In this document: one piece after another, positions 42,585-62,641 of the stretch
Numbering within the stretch: position 1 is the stretch's first letter
Layout: each line of letters begins with the position of its first letter
Origin: the human T2T-CHM13v2.0 reference genome, Homo sapiens
Reading direction: 5' to 3' (one strand)
DNA: 64,000 bases
Assembly: GCF_009914755.1 (NCBI RefSeq)
Contig: NC_060929.1
Notes under the pieces: generated by a model
The model's database searches: none
Told to the model about the DNA's origin: nothing
What the model saw: only the letters and a program-made list of their open reading frames with translations
Made by a program: the position numbers and the translations under genes

Positions 42585-43215
42585 TACACATGCTTCTCAA
42601 TTTACAATGGAATTACATCCCGATAAACCCACTGTAAGTTGAAGATATCAGTAAGCCAAAAATCCATTAAATACACCTAAACCTGCTGAACATCATAGCT
42701 TAGCCTAACCTGCCTTAAACGTGCTGACAACACTTACATTAGCCTAAAGTTGGGCAAATTCGTCTATAAAAAGCCGATTTCATAATGTGTTGAATATCTC
42801 ATCTCATTTATTGAATACTGAAAGTGAAAAACTGGTTGTATATGGGCACTCACCATTAACGTACACAGCTGAAAGCACACTGGGCCAAAGAATGTTTGAA
42901 ACATCTAGAATTGCTGGATGACAGGGATGCCACGGTGACAGGGCAATCAATTTCTCTTCTGGTGAGGCTCAAGAATAAGCACTTGGGCATCCACACAGAA
43001 TGCTTTAGCGTTTGGGTGGTTTACACTCGTGGTCTCATGGCTGGCTAAAAGCTGTGTCTGGCTGCTGCTGCCCATCATCACAGTCTCCATCCACCACATA
43101 CTGCTAGCCTGGGAAAAGAGCAAAATTCACAGTACGATTTCTGCTGAATGCATATCGCTTTTACACCATCATAAAGTCAAAAAGTCATGTAAGTTTAACC
43201 ACTGTAAGGGTCCGT
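42585..43215. mobile_element. Tigger5/MER47-like DNA transposon remnant
   Basis: TTACATCCCGATAAACCCACTGTAAGTTGAA motif (recalled). Confidence 0.6.
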
Positions 43216-44029
43216 TAGGTATATTTAATGCAACTCAAGATCAACTTTCATCAGATTCTGCAAGCTCTTCCATTTTTGTACTTTTCCCCTCAGCCCTTAG
43301 AATTGAGTGTCCTTTTTCTAATTATTTCAAGGTCTGCTCTCAAGGCAGAGGTTGAGATGTGACTGATAAGGCTTAACTTTTCTTCTTTGAATTCTTTGCA
43401 TTTTAATAGGAGTGAAAGACTGTGGCCTTAGCTAAAAGGAAGCTCAAAATGTGGAATCACCATTTTGAGCAACATATGCTACGCAAACACCAGCTACGTA
43501 TGTGAGAGTTGGGGAATAATGGTGATGTAGTGGGGAAGGAACATCAGGGGATACCTGATATCACACAGGATGGGTAACCTACCTGTTCCACCAGTCCCTG
43601 GGATCTTGGGGGTGGAGTAGATATGTCTTTTCTGATTTCACTGTTTGCACTTACAACATTTTCCCCTATTTATTTACTAGAGACAGGGTCCTGCTGTGTT
43701 GGCCAGGCTGATCTCGAACTCCTGGCCTCCCAAAGTGCTGGATTACAGGTACATGCCACAGTGCCTGGCTTTGATAACATTTTTATTATATAGGACGGCA
43801 GCAGTGGTCAGTTTTCCCCTCGCACCTTCCCCATAGCTTCACACTTGTGCTGGTTTGCGTAGATCTCTCTCATTAGTGCCCTAACTTGGGAGCAGCCATT
43901 TTTTCATTTTGTTCGGTGTGGCCTTCATCGATTTTTTTAGCGTATTGGAAATAGGGCGGTATTTTGTTTTCTAAAGCATTTTCTAAAAACTTCGACTTGC
44001 CAGTATGTGCTTATGCTCACTGTTGGATT

Positions 44030-44430
44030 TAGATTCCCCGGTCCACACCGAAGCGCGATCCTAGTACCTCCAGCGTGAAACAGTCCAGAAAGGAGTCGTC
44101 GATGTCCCGGGGCCCTGGCCGGGAGAACGCCTCGCGGGGCGGGCTGGTGGGTGGCTGTGTGCGGGGAGCCGCGGCGAAGCTGCTTCCGCCCGCGTGTCCC
44201 GAGCTCGCGGAGGCGGGCTTCCACGGGCGGCCCTGACCCGGTGGTCCTGACGCTCTCCCAGCCAGCGGCGGGAGGCTTCCCAGGGGCGGAGCGAGAGGTT
44301 GGCCCGGTAGGATCGGGGGACTGAGCCGAGAGTCACCGCGGTTCCTGCCCCGGGAGCCCGGGCTGGCCACACCCAGGTGAGTGGCACTGTGGGGCGCGGC
44401 GCAGCTAGGCTGGCCCCGCGGGTTTTCCTC
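44030..44430. promoter_or_regulatory. CpG island with GC boxes and a consensus + strand donor CAG|GTGAGT at 44376/44377
   Basis: Sharp rise in GC and CpG in an AT-rich background; several GGGCGG; no repeat recognised. Confidence 0.85.
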
Positions 44431-46029
44431 GGGCTCTCACTTTAGAATAGCAGTTCTGATCTCTTTGGATCACATAAATTATAGAACCAAGTTTTACATA
44501 AAATTGCAGGGGCTTTAACCTTTAACCTCCTTGAAATCCATTAACAGACCCACCCAAGGGAGCCAAGAACTGCACATTGACCCCTGCTCTAGAGACAGAT
44601 GGTGCCATGAGGGATTCCATGCCAGGAGGGGACAGGGGACCAGGGGTTGGTGTGTGGGGACACTGATGCTGGACACTGAGCAAATGAGATTTGTCCCAGT
44701 TCTTTGATCTTTACCTAAGTGATTCATTGTTTTGCTGTAATTTTTAGGATGTTTATCAAATCATCAAAGTAGCTCATCTGGAAGATACTTTTCTGTGGGA
44801 GATTTCTTGAAAGATTTTTTTGTCTCCATCAGAGTTTTCTGGATTTAGAGTCTCATATTTCTGTGGGATTCTTTTTCAGAATCAAAAATCTTTTCCCTCT
44901 CCTTCTGAACATAGGAACTTACTATCCCACCATCTTGGATATTTTAACTTGGTTTTAGTTTTGGAATGAGGCTTACCGTGTGGGAGATTGAAGAATTCTC
45001 AACAGAAATCAAAGCACTTTAAAATAGTTTTAAAAATTATGGATAGCAGGAGAAGCTTCTTCTATATAACAAAGTAAGCCTGATACTAGTTGGAGTAGCC
45101 TTAACATTGGCTATATTTGCCGACTTGTGTAGTACCTAGTGTTATCAATGACCTGCTTTAGGCTTTGATTTGCTTATGTGTAAAAGGAAGATAATAACTA
45201 GATTTTTTTCCCCACATCTCCATCTGATGAAGTCACACAGTCCATACAGTTACATAAAGTATTTTTAAGAGGCAGCCCTGTGTAAGAAGGCTCAGTATCA
45301 TAGCTGAATGCTGGTGCACTTGGATTTTAGTGCTCAGGTCTTATTCTGGTATTGCATTAACTGCTTTGTCGATTTTAGAGAGTTGATTCTTAAGAAGTCA
45401 GTGATCACTTTGCCAACTCTAGTGGTTGAATCTCTATTACGATACAGTTTGCCCTTGGGATATCATACAGCAAGAGTGATGCCTGTTAATTGACCATTTT
45501 GGCATCTTATTATATACCTCCTCTAGCAATTGTTTCATTAATCTTAGATTGTTCCATTACTGGAGATTTATTCATGATAATCCACTGATGCCAATCAGCT
45601 AAGCATACTTCCCAATGTGTTCATGCCAGTTAAATGTTGCAATACAAGTTCTGGCAATTTCATCTTAACATGTTTGTTCTTCAGCTGAGGTATTTTATTG
45701 GGCTAGCAGTCATCTGGATAGGTGGAAAGTTTGGTTCCAATAATTTACTTCAGTTTTATAAACAGAATTACTGTTGCTATGATGCCACAAAGAAAACACT
45801 ATCATTTGGAGTAGAATTTAGAATGTATACGTGCCAAAATAAGTTCAGTTTATCATAGTGTGAATACTATAAAATATGTACTGAGAGTAATGCCAATCAC
45901 TTATTTAAATAGTAACAAACCTGTAGTTTTCTCATCTGTGTATGTAATTCACTAGGAAAATGAACCCTACTCTGGTGAAATGACTCAGATTAACCAAAGT
46001 TTGAATCCTATTACTAATTGTGTGATCTT

Positions 46030-47470
46030 GGGGAAGTTAATTTTTTTAATTTGAAATAAAACTTACCTACAATAAAATGCACAAATCTTAAGTTTACAGC
46101 TTAAATGTTTACCTATGTGTGCTCCTTGTAACCATCACCTAAATCAAGATGTGAAACATTTCTATCACCCTAAACAGTTTCCTCTTGCCCCTTTACAGTC
46201 AACTCCCTGGCCCAGAGCACTATTCTGATTTTTATCACCATAAATTGGGTTTGCCTGTTATTGAACGTCATATAAATGGAATCATAGAGTATCTCTCTTT
46301 TGTATATGGCTTCTTTTGTTCAACATAATAGCTGTGAGATTCATCCATGTTGTTTTGTGTAATAGTTTCTTTTTATTGTATCATGAATAACTACAAATTA
46401 TTTTTGTAGTCTCCTATTGACAGGCATTTGGATTGTTTTCAGATTTTGAACAAAGCTCCTACAAATATTTTACTACAAGTCTTTTGGTCAACACAAGGAC
46501 TCATTTTTCTGGGCATATACTCAGAAGTGGAATTGCTGGAACATAGGGTATAACTTTTTATTAGAAACAGCCAAAGAGTTTTCCAGAATGGTTGTACCAT
46601 TTACTATAGCCACCAGCATCATAAGAATGTTCTGTTTGCTCCACATCCTCACCATCAGTATGTGTTACTGTTGTTTTTAATTCTAGCCATTTACTGTGGT
46701 TTTAATTTATATTTCCCTGATGATTAGTGATATTGGGCACCTTTTCATATGCTCATTGGCAGTTTCCTTCTTTCTTCACCTGTTTACGTGTCTGTCCAGT
46801 CACATAAAAGGGGGTGGAGAAAAGGTGGTGAAGCGGTGTTGTTTGTCTGAGGTAATGCCTGAGATTCATTGTCTCATGCCAAGGAAATCGAAGATGCGGC
46901 CATACAAGGAGTGGATTTAGGAGCAGAAAGTTTAATAGGCAAAAGAGAAAAGAGAATAACTCTCTCTCCTGCAGAGAGAGAGGGATGCCAGAGTGGGTCT
47001 TCTGGTCCCATGGTGAAGTGCACAGGGTTTTATAGTCTGGCTTGAGGAGGCAGTGTCTGATTTACATAGGGCCCAAAGATTGGTTGAACCAGGTGTGATG
47101 TTTATATAACAGTTGAAGAAGCTGGCCACCCCAATCTAATCTTTTATTATGCAAACAGATTTTCTACCTGGCTGGTGCCATGTTGTCTGCTCCCTACTGT
47201 ACATATGGCTGACAAAGAAAAGGGAAGTTGGAGCCACCATGTTGAACATGCCTAGCCCCTAGGTAGCCTTTTCCTATTGTCACAGCTGCCAGCTTTCACC
47301 CGTGCAAGCTTCTAGCTTGCTTCTCTATGTCTGCGGCTCAATTTTACAGGCTGTTTTTTGTTAGAAAAGAAATGATTTGAAGGCTGCTTTTTATTAAAAG
47401 GGAAACCTGATCAAGGACTTCCTTACCCTCACTGTCTGCCTAAATAATTTTTTTGAACTCCTATATCATT
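46030..47470. mobile_element. Old L1M 3' fragment (minus strand, ~46030-46770) followed by an ERV1 MER4-group solo LTR (~46829-47468)
   Basis: L1M-like 3' UTR text; TG...CA-bounded ~640 bp LTR-like segment. Confidence 0.6.
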
Positions 47471-50400
47471 GGGATCAAAGGATGAGGTGCTGTCTTGCTA
47501 TTCAGTGGTGATACCAAGAGTTGTGAAAATAGTTTATCCTTAGGCTAAATTACAGTCCTTTGGGTTGCTCATTATATCTTTAGGGTGACATTTGCTGCTG
47601 TTACAACCCCAAAACTTCAGTGGCTTAACAAAATAGAAGTATGTTTTTTGCTTACCTGACTGTCCAAAAAGGGTATTCCTGGTAGGTAGGTGTCCTTCCC
47701 AGTAGTTACTTAAGAATCCAGGTTCCTTCCATCCTGTGGCTCTGCAGTCTGGTACAGCTTCCAAGATCTTTATGCTTCTCTTTATCAAGCCAGAGAAAGG
47801 GAAAGAGTTGGAGAGGAGAGAGACAAAGTGGACTTGTGGAACATTTTTATGGGTCAGGCAAAGAAATAAGCATATACATCTCAGATTCCACTGTTACAAA
47901 CTTAGTCACATGTAACTGTAAGAGAGACTGGGAAATGTGGCCTTATCTGTGTGCTCAGAAAGCTGGGAATCAGCTAGCAGTTTTTGCCAATACTGTTGAA
48001 ATGGGTTGTTCTCCAGGATGGTCAATGGATTTCTGTAGTAAATTGAGTCAGGACAAGACTTCTTGATCTTCACGTATCAAGGAATCTGTGTAAGCTGCTA
48101 AGAGTTCTTAAATAAGACACCTTCCCATTCTCTGCTTTCTGCAGCATGAAGGAGAGTGACCATGGAAATATAGATAATGATAACTGAAATCCATTCTGTG
48201 ATGGTACAGAATGCTTGGCTGAAAGCTGTTCTCCATTCATGATGATTTTTTAAATCTAGTATCTAATATTTATAAAATAAATGCAATTTGGAATAAAGTA
48301 ATCATATTTCATCTTTCATAAATAATCCAGAACTTAGGATTTTAAAAGTTTAAAAAAGTGATTAAGTAGTTTTAGTGACTTATTAGAAAATGACTTCTAA
48401 GACAGTCCGTGGGGAAAAGCAAAGCTGTTTCTTTCACACCTTTTTTTCCATTGGGCTACTAATATACTCCTATATTTGAGTTGCCAAGTCATTATACTGT
48501 TCTTTTGTCTTAAAATCCTCTATCAACGAGAGAGAAATTACTGTAAATCATTTAAACCTTGGGTCAGCAATCTTTCTAGCTCTTAAGAGTTCAGTACACA
48601 TCATTGTTAGAGGAAGGAGAGGAAGAAGAAGGTAAAGGGGGAACAGAAAATGATCATGAGTTGAGGTGCAGTAGAGCTTCTCCAATTCCTATGTCTTGTA
48701 ATAAAGTGGCCTTGTGTTGTCTAAGCTTTTCTTGGACAAATCATTACTCTAGAACTGTCCTGTAAAAATATAATGTGAGCCATATATGTAGTCGATATAT
48801 CCCAAATACTGTCATTTCAACATGTAGTCAAATGTAATGATTATTGAGGTATTTTACATTTATGTACTAAATCTTTGAAACCCAGTACTTATTTTGCCTA
48901 CGCTTACATCTCAATTTGGACACTAAGTTATCATTGGAAATACTTGATCTTTATTTAGAGTGTATGAAATGTGTAGTTATAGAGTAGATTCACACACCCA
49001 AGTTGTCCAAACATACTTGAAAGTTTTCCAACAGCTGAATCAAGTCTCAATTTTTAAATTTAAATTTAGACTAAGAAACATTAAATAAAATTAAAATTCA
49101 ATTTCTTATTGCATTAGCCATGTTTCAAGTGCTCAATAGCCACATGTGGCTAGTGGCTACCACATTGACACTACAACTCTAGAGTCTAGATTGAGTTTAG
49201 ACTGTAAGCTCAAAAAATGTTTGTGGATTGAAAATATTAATGTAGTTTTAAAATGTCTAAAATAGAATTGAAAGTAGTGCTTAATAAATAAGCTAATTTA
49301 ATTGAATAGCTGGAGGGAAGCCAGACTTCCAAAGCTAAACCTTTATTTCAAAAACTTATTCCTGGTAAACATGCGAAGTGCAGATACTTAGATCAGAATG
49401 GCTATACCTTTTTTTGGAGAATGCCTCTTTCTAGCCCAATGGCTGGCAATTCTAGTCAAATTGCATGTTAATTGCCACATAACGGTTAGCTAACCAATTG
49501 TGGAGGAAAATTTTAAGCTGTCATTTCTGTAATCCATTGGTTTGCATTTGGGCATTATAAAGTAAACATGAATGTAGTCAAAACAATTAGGGTTGAGATT
49601 CTGAAAATAATTATGTCCCATTCCATATTCCATGTCACTCTGCAGAGGAAACAATTTTATTGTTATAGGGGCATGCACATCTAATTTTGAAAATCTAACC
49701 TGCCAAATATCCTGTGTGAAGAAAGCACTCTATTCTTTGAGAATGTGACTCTTCTACCCTAATGCCCAGACATCTTTTGTACTACCCAAATTTTACTAGT
49801 TCAATGCTTTACTCGAGTCGACCTTCTTTCACAAAGCTTTCCTTGATTACTGTAGTTCACATTGATCCCTCCCTTCCCTGAATTTATTTCTCACTCATGG
49901 TAACAACCAAATATTTTGTCAACCAAATACTATGTATCTACAATGCTGTGAATTGTTTCCCATTTGATTATTGAGTGTCATCACATCTAGCACATCCAAC
50001 TCAGTGATTGATAAGTGGCAGTTGCTTAACATTTGCTTGAGTACACAGAAAACAAGAACACCATAGAAATCCTGGGTAATAAACATAAGAATCTCTGACT
50101 GTTCCATGCTTTGTGCTCAGATTGCTTTACTGCGTTCTCTTGTCTTGAGTAGTGTCAGGAGCTCGGCTCAACTGGAGAGAGAGTGCTGAACTGCCAGGTG
50201 TTGTTGGAATACTGGATTAAAGGACAATCAAAATAAAAGTGACAGTCAAGCTTTTCATCACTTATTGCAATAGTATAAACAAGAGTCTAAACCAGAGAAA
50301 GCACCTGCTCCATTCCATTCCTCTCACAGCCCCCATGGAATGGCCCACTAGTTGAAAGTCAAGTAGACCAGCACAGAGAGAGGAGTTGTCCTCACTGTCT

Positions 50401-53400
50401 GAGAGCTCCAAACAAAAGGCTTGGGCAGTTTTATGGGCCCAGGGCCTAGCAGGAGGCAGAGGGAAGGGCTAGGAGTGCAAAAGCACTGAGTCAGGGTGGA
50501 GCAAATCATCTTCGAGTTTTCCCGATAAGGATACCTCTAAATGGAGGCAGCTGAGCCAGGAATGCAGCCATGTGTAAGGTCATGGTGGACCAGGGGACTG
50601 TAATGACTTCCAGAGACTGCAGTGCACTGGCAGTGCCACTAAGTCTGATGTGGAGAGAGCAGCTTTCACCCGTGAGGTCTGTCAGATAAAGTGTTTGTAA
50701 TTGCCTATGATCAGGCCTGAAAAATCACTCAGGTTTTTTTTTTTGCCAGGAACCAGGCTCCTCAAGTAGGAAATCACTTCTATTGTCAAGGCCCAAAACT
50801 ACTCTCATCTATTCTAGAAGGCACATTTTCTCACACTTTAACATCTCTGAAAGCAGGATGCATTTTACAATTGATGTCCTACAATTGTAGTGTCAGGTAA
50901 CAGTTTATGATCTAGTTCTATGAAAAGCTTCTTTTGACACTTGTGTAAAGTCAAGAAAACACTGGCATCAAAAAGTCTTAGGTTTGATGAGATACAGTAT
51001 TCTTTTACATCATAAACAGTGTCTACATCACATCTAGAGTTTGGCAGGTTTTGTCTTTGGCATCTCCATTTTAGTCCTTCCTAACATGTTCCAGTGAGCT
51101 TCCCAAGACTATGTAAATTCTTTGTCTGCCAGCTGAGAAGAATACAGTTTCTTTTCTGTTTTTTCTTTGACCAAAGTCTCTTGTTCTGTAAAGGTCAACA
51201 TAGTCTTAAAAAAACCCTATCAGATCATATATCCTTTTTTTTCCCTTACTGATGTTTACCTTTTCCAGGGATTTTTGGAATCTTAAATCATGCCAAGCCT
51301 TTCTGGGAATAGCTTGAAGAATTTTGAGAAATAAGTGACATGACTAAAAATGAAATTTCACTCATTTGGCTAGCTGATGGGTCTAAAGTGGAAGGAGTTG
51401 GGAAGACCCTTCACACATGCAATGGATCCCCTCACTTGACTCTGTTGGGACTGCTGTGAACTGTCTTAAGCTCTGCCAGGGCAGAACAAATGAATTAAAC
51501 TGTGGAATGTTCTGTGGGCTTCAGCACCCAATTGGAACCATTTTCCCCAAATCCAACTGTTAAACCTGTTTAGGATTAAGGACTGGGGATAAGATTCTGA
51601 TGACATTCCAGTGGTGAACATCTGCACTGTTATTTGTCTTTAATGCAATTTGGGAACTAAATTCAAATGGTAGATAGGAGGAGGAAACCAAAGGATCCTC
51701 AGGGACCACATAAAAAATGTGGCAAGCAAAAGCCCTTTTATAGAAAAAAGATTTGGAGACCAAATTTTGGGATAGTGGTCCTGACAGCCCTCTCTGCCAA
51801 TGACTGAACAAGAGGCTTAGGCACTGGACTCCCTGAAATGGACTCTACCTTCCTTCTTTTGTGTGACCCTTCTTTACCTTTTCCATATATTCTCTCTTCT
51901 AACACTCTCCTTAGCCTTGGGTTATTCTGATGTGCACCCCGCTCAAGAACCACTGGCTAGACTTTAGATATAGACAGCATGTTTAGGTAGATGTATAGTA
52001 ACACCTTCTGTTCATTTTCTGCCTTCTTGAAATTTGTTTTAGTTACCCATCGCTGCATAATAAGTTACCCCAAAGCTAAGTGGCAGAAAAACTACATGTA
52101 TTATCTCACTCTTTCTGTGCATTAGGAGCCTGGGCATGGCTTAGCTGGGTACTCTGGTTCTAGGTCTCTCACAGGATACAATCAAGGTGTTGGCTAGGAT
52201 GCACCCATCTCAGGGATTAACTGGGAAATGATCTGCTTCCAAGCTCACTTGGGGTTGTTAGCAAGGTTCAGTTCCTTTGGGTTGTTGGACTAAAGGTCTC
52301 AGTTTCTTATGAGCTGTTGACCAAGGGCTGCCCTGAGTTCCTTACGATAAGTGCCTCTCCCTAGTGCAGTTTACAGCAAGGTAGCTGACTTCATCAGAGC
52401 AGGCGAGTGAGAGGGCTGGAGGGAGTGTGAGAAAGACAGAAGTTCCAGTCTCCTAACCTGATCTCAGAAGTGACATTCCGTTACTTTTACTGTACTCTGT
52501 TTGTTAGAAATGACTCACTCACTAGTTTCAACCTACACTCAAGAGAACATTATATAAGAGTGTGAATTGGGAGACATTTTAGAAGCTGTCTACCACAGAA
52601 TGCAAATTATTGCATGAATGATATACCATTTAGAACAAGGGTATGGGTTTGAATTCTATTCCACATGTCTTGAATGTAATAATGTCACAGCGTTAAAAAT
52701 TCAACTTGAATCTGACAGTCCCCATCCTACTGGAATAGCTGGAAGTTTTATCTCAGTCATTAGCGGGGAACCCCTCACCTTGTCACACACACTCATGCTT
52801 GTGCTGAGGTTCCAGGGTCATGAGCACCACCAAAGCCCTCGGGAAACTCTTCAGTTATCAATTGCCTGTCCACACTGCTTACTTCCAAGTTAGTTGTGGT
52901 GCTCTCAGCTCCATAGGCAGTGCTTTCGGGGCCAGTAGCCTTGCTGCTGCTGTGCCATCCTGGGGCAGGGAGTCTTTGTCAAGGCTGAGAGCTCCTGTTC
53001 CCAAGACCTGGCCACCCTCAATGTACCCTGTAGTCACCCTCTTTGGAGCATGACTACTAAGAGGAACACAGGCCACCAAACTATATGTGTACGTAATCTG
53101 GCTTTTGTTGTTAGTGTAGAAGTGACATACATTCTCTTGCAGTTTTCTACATTCTAAGCCAAAGTCTGAACTCAGCGTTCTATGACCTAGAATAAGCAAG
53201 ACATTTTCCACAAATATAACTATAAGTAATCTTCAACGTAAAATCTATATTACAAAAGCAGAACACAAAACGTCCTTGTTGTAGTTAATGTAGAATCTTA
53301 CAGAATTGTTCTCACAAAACAACAGCAGCAACAACAACAACAATACACACACACACAATGATAACAAAATGAAGAGTACACATAATCTTCCAAGAAAGAA

Positions 53401-53897
53401 AGCTTCATCCCAACTTGGTTAATGGGATGTTTATATTCTTAGTGTCTTCAGGATACCTTCTGTGTGCATACATATCTTTTGGTTTTTTAGTTTATCCATA
53501 TAGCAAGATGTAATGGCCATCTGTGTCAACTGTCTTTTGATTTTTTCAAAATTCTTTGACAAATTGCAATATGAGTCCTGTGCTCTCTGGCTTTAGCTCT
53601 ACTTGGCCAAGACTGATTTCCATTCATGCATTATAATAAGCACCCCAATAATAGTGCAGGTTGTGTTTGGATCTGGTGGTTCCATACCACGTAGCCCTAG
53701 ACCTTGATTTATTTTTATCTGCTCCTTTGGACCCTTAGGATAAATACAGAGTACATGTATGTTTTAAATCAGCTCTCATATTCCACCTTATGACAGGCTT
53801 TACTTTGTAACAGATTAACTCACTCTTCCCTTTCACCTTACATATCCTGCAGACTTCCAAGGAATGAAGGAAAAGATTGCAGTTACCAGTGTGGGAT

Positions 53898-54863
53898 TGA
53901 TATGGTTTGGCTCTGTGTCCCCACCCAAATCTCATCTCGAATTGTAATCCCCACATGTCAGAGGAGGGGCCTGGTGGGAGATGATTGGATCACGGGGGCA
54001 GATTTCTCCTCTGCTGTTCTTGTGATAGTGAGTGAGTTCTCATGACAGCTGATGGTTTTAAAGTGAGGCACTTCCCCGCCTCCCTCTAGCACGCTCGCTA
54101 ATGCCGCCATGTAACGTGTGCCTTTGCTTCCCCTTCACCTTCCACCATGATTATAAGTTTCCTGAGGCCTCCCCAGCCATGTGGAACTGTGAATCAATTA
54201 AATTGTTTTCTTTATAAATTACCCACTCTCAGGTTGTATCTATAGCAATGTGAAAACAGACTAACAGTGATGTATCCCTTGTCCCAGCTTTGGGGCAGAT
54301 CTGTGTCAGAGGCAGTGGTTAGTCTCAGGGACAAAACCCCTTTCTGGTAGGGGTTTTGATTTTTGTAAACCTTGGCTTTGATTCTGTCATCCTCTCCTGA
54401 GAAGGTAGGTAGGTGGCTTCTGTGCTCTGTGTTGTTCAGGGAAACGGATGCTTTGATTCTCATGTGGTGATATAGTTTGGATATTTGTCCCTGCCCAAAT
54501 CTCATTTTGAAATTTAATCCCCAGTGTTGGAGGCAGAGGTGGGGCCTGGTGGGAGGTGTTTGGGTCATGGGGGTGGATCCATCATGGCTTTGTGCTGTCT
54601 TCCTAATAGTGAGTTCTCATGAGACCTGGTTGCTTGTGTGGCACCTCCCCCTCACTATCCCTCTCTCTTGCTCCTCCTTTCACCATGTGATGTGCCTGCT
54701 TTCCCTTTGTCTTCTGCCATGATTGGAAGCCTCCTGAGGCCCACCCAGAAGCAGATGCTGCTATACTTCCTGTACAGCCTGCAGAACTATGAGCCAATCA
54801 AACCTCTTTTCTTTACCCAGCCTCGGGCATTTCTTTATCGTAATGCAAGAATGGACTAACACA
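53898..54863. mobile_element. Two MST/THE1-type MaLR LTRs (53898-54267 and 54468-54863)
   Basis: TGATATGGTTTGG / TGATATAGTTTGG starts; GACTAACA(CA) ends. Confidence 0.85.
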
Positions 54864-55110
54864 GGCCTGGAAAATGGCTGGTCGCGAGAGGGGCGGCCGG
54901 TTGCTGGGGAGGGAGTCGGGGCTGTGTGGGGGCATTGGTTCAGCCCCAGCGGAGTCCGAGTCGGGGTTTGCAGCATGTTTTGTGGTGATGTTTCCAATCT
55001 CTTTCCCAACCAATGGATCAGGACGGCGATCAGTAGCTTGGACGGTCGCGGATCCTGGCTCCGCAAACGTTAAAGGAAATTGATGATGTCTATGAAAAAT
55101 ATAAGAAAGC
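54864..55110 (+). pseudogene. Processed retro-fragment of ING2 isoform b (5' UTR, exon 1b, start of exon 2)
   Basis: 55013-55108 reads MDQDGDQ*LGRSRILAPQTLKEIDDVYEKYKK; TLKEIDDVYEKYKK is ING2 exon 2, and the preceding residues match the recalled ING2b N-terminus; no intron at the junction. Confidence 0.88.
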
Positions 55111-55954
55111 AATGATTCATTCCATGTTCATTAAGTGAGGGAGTGTCACAAGAAGATGAATTTCAAGAACTATTTGAAGAAAGAGAAAGAGAATGGTGAG
55201 TTCTTCTTCTAGGGTACCATTTGGAAAATGGCTATTCCCAGTGAATTATCCTTCCCAAATAGCATTTTGATGCTGTTGTTCCTTTCTTTGAGGTTCACAA
55301 TGGTTCTTAATTTTCATCTAATTTATGAGACCCAGTTATCCAGCACATGAGCTATGGGAGGGCCTTTCCAACATAGCTCACAATAAGCTTACTGCTCTGG
55401 CTTGGCAAAAACACTCCTCTGCTCCTCAAACACTCCTTCTCCACTGTGCTCTGGGATGTAGCACCTGTCAGTCCTTTACTCAGAATGCTCTCACTCTGTT
55501 GAGCTACATGTTTTTCCTCTTCTGAAATTCTGTTTGAGACCCATCACTCTAGGAAGGCTTCCCTACTGGCTCACTTTGATTTGATGGTAAGTATGTTTCA
55601 CATTCTGCTGAGACTGTGAGCCTTTCATGAGAAGGGACTGTGTGGCACTAGCATGTTAATATGTGGGTGCCCAATAAGTGGTAGCTGGCTGGTTGTGCCA
55701 GGATCCCCTTGGTACTTATGCTACATTCCACTCACTGCTGTGGGCTCAACTTCCATCCTTTGTGCCAGGAAAGAAAGCCATGGGAGAGATAGGATGTGAC
55801 CAGAGAAGAAAGCCTAGGAATCACAGAAAATGTGTGTGACAGTAGAGACAAAGTAATGCAAACTGCAATGATGAATTTTAGTTATGGTTGCCATGTGTAT
55901 TTAGGAAAGGAATTAGATGATTCTGATTAGCACCCCTCATTAAGAACCAGACCT

Positions 55955-59561
<3,607 letters not shown>

Positions 59562-60108
59562 ATCACAATGTGAACCTCATTTTAAAAAGTAAAAAAGATA
59601 AAATTAACTATAATAATATATATCATTTAACCCAAAGTGTTTTTAAATTATGATCAATATAATTATTTTTAATGAGAATTTTACATTCTTTTTTTGTATT
59701 CACCTTCAAAACCTTGTATGTATTGGATTTCCAGCACCACATCTCAGATTGGAATTGTCACACTTCAGTTGCTCAGTAGTCACCTGTAGCTAGTGCTACT
59801 GCATTGGACAGCACAGCTCTAGATGCCATATCACTACAAAGATTATGTAATTTATAATTAAACAGTAAAGTTGTATTTTTCAAAATGTCATAAAATACAA
59901 ATATGCTAAAAGTAAAAATAAGTCATTTGTAGATTTTCTCTTTTTTTCCTCTCTCTCTTCCATCTTTCCTTCTCCCTCCATTCCTTCTGTCTAAGCCTTG
60001 GGGCACTCTACAATAGAGAGGTCAGGGAGAACAGGAGGCCTAGGTAAAGGGACTGAAAAAAGACCGGTGAGGCAGGAGGAGAGCCAGGAGAGTGTGGTGC
60101 TCCAGAAG

Positions 60109-62641
<2,533 letters not shown>

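Noticed and set aside
43937-44387. Three overlapping minus-strand ORFs
   Set aside because: Stop-poor frames expected in a GC-rich island; P/R/G-rich with no recognisable domain
54761-55112. ORFs on both strands across the LTR/ING2 fragment
   Set aside because: Alternative frames of GC-rich sequence; the true ING2 frame has a stop codon
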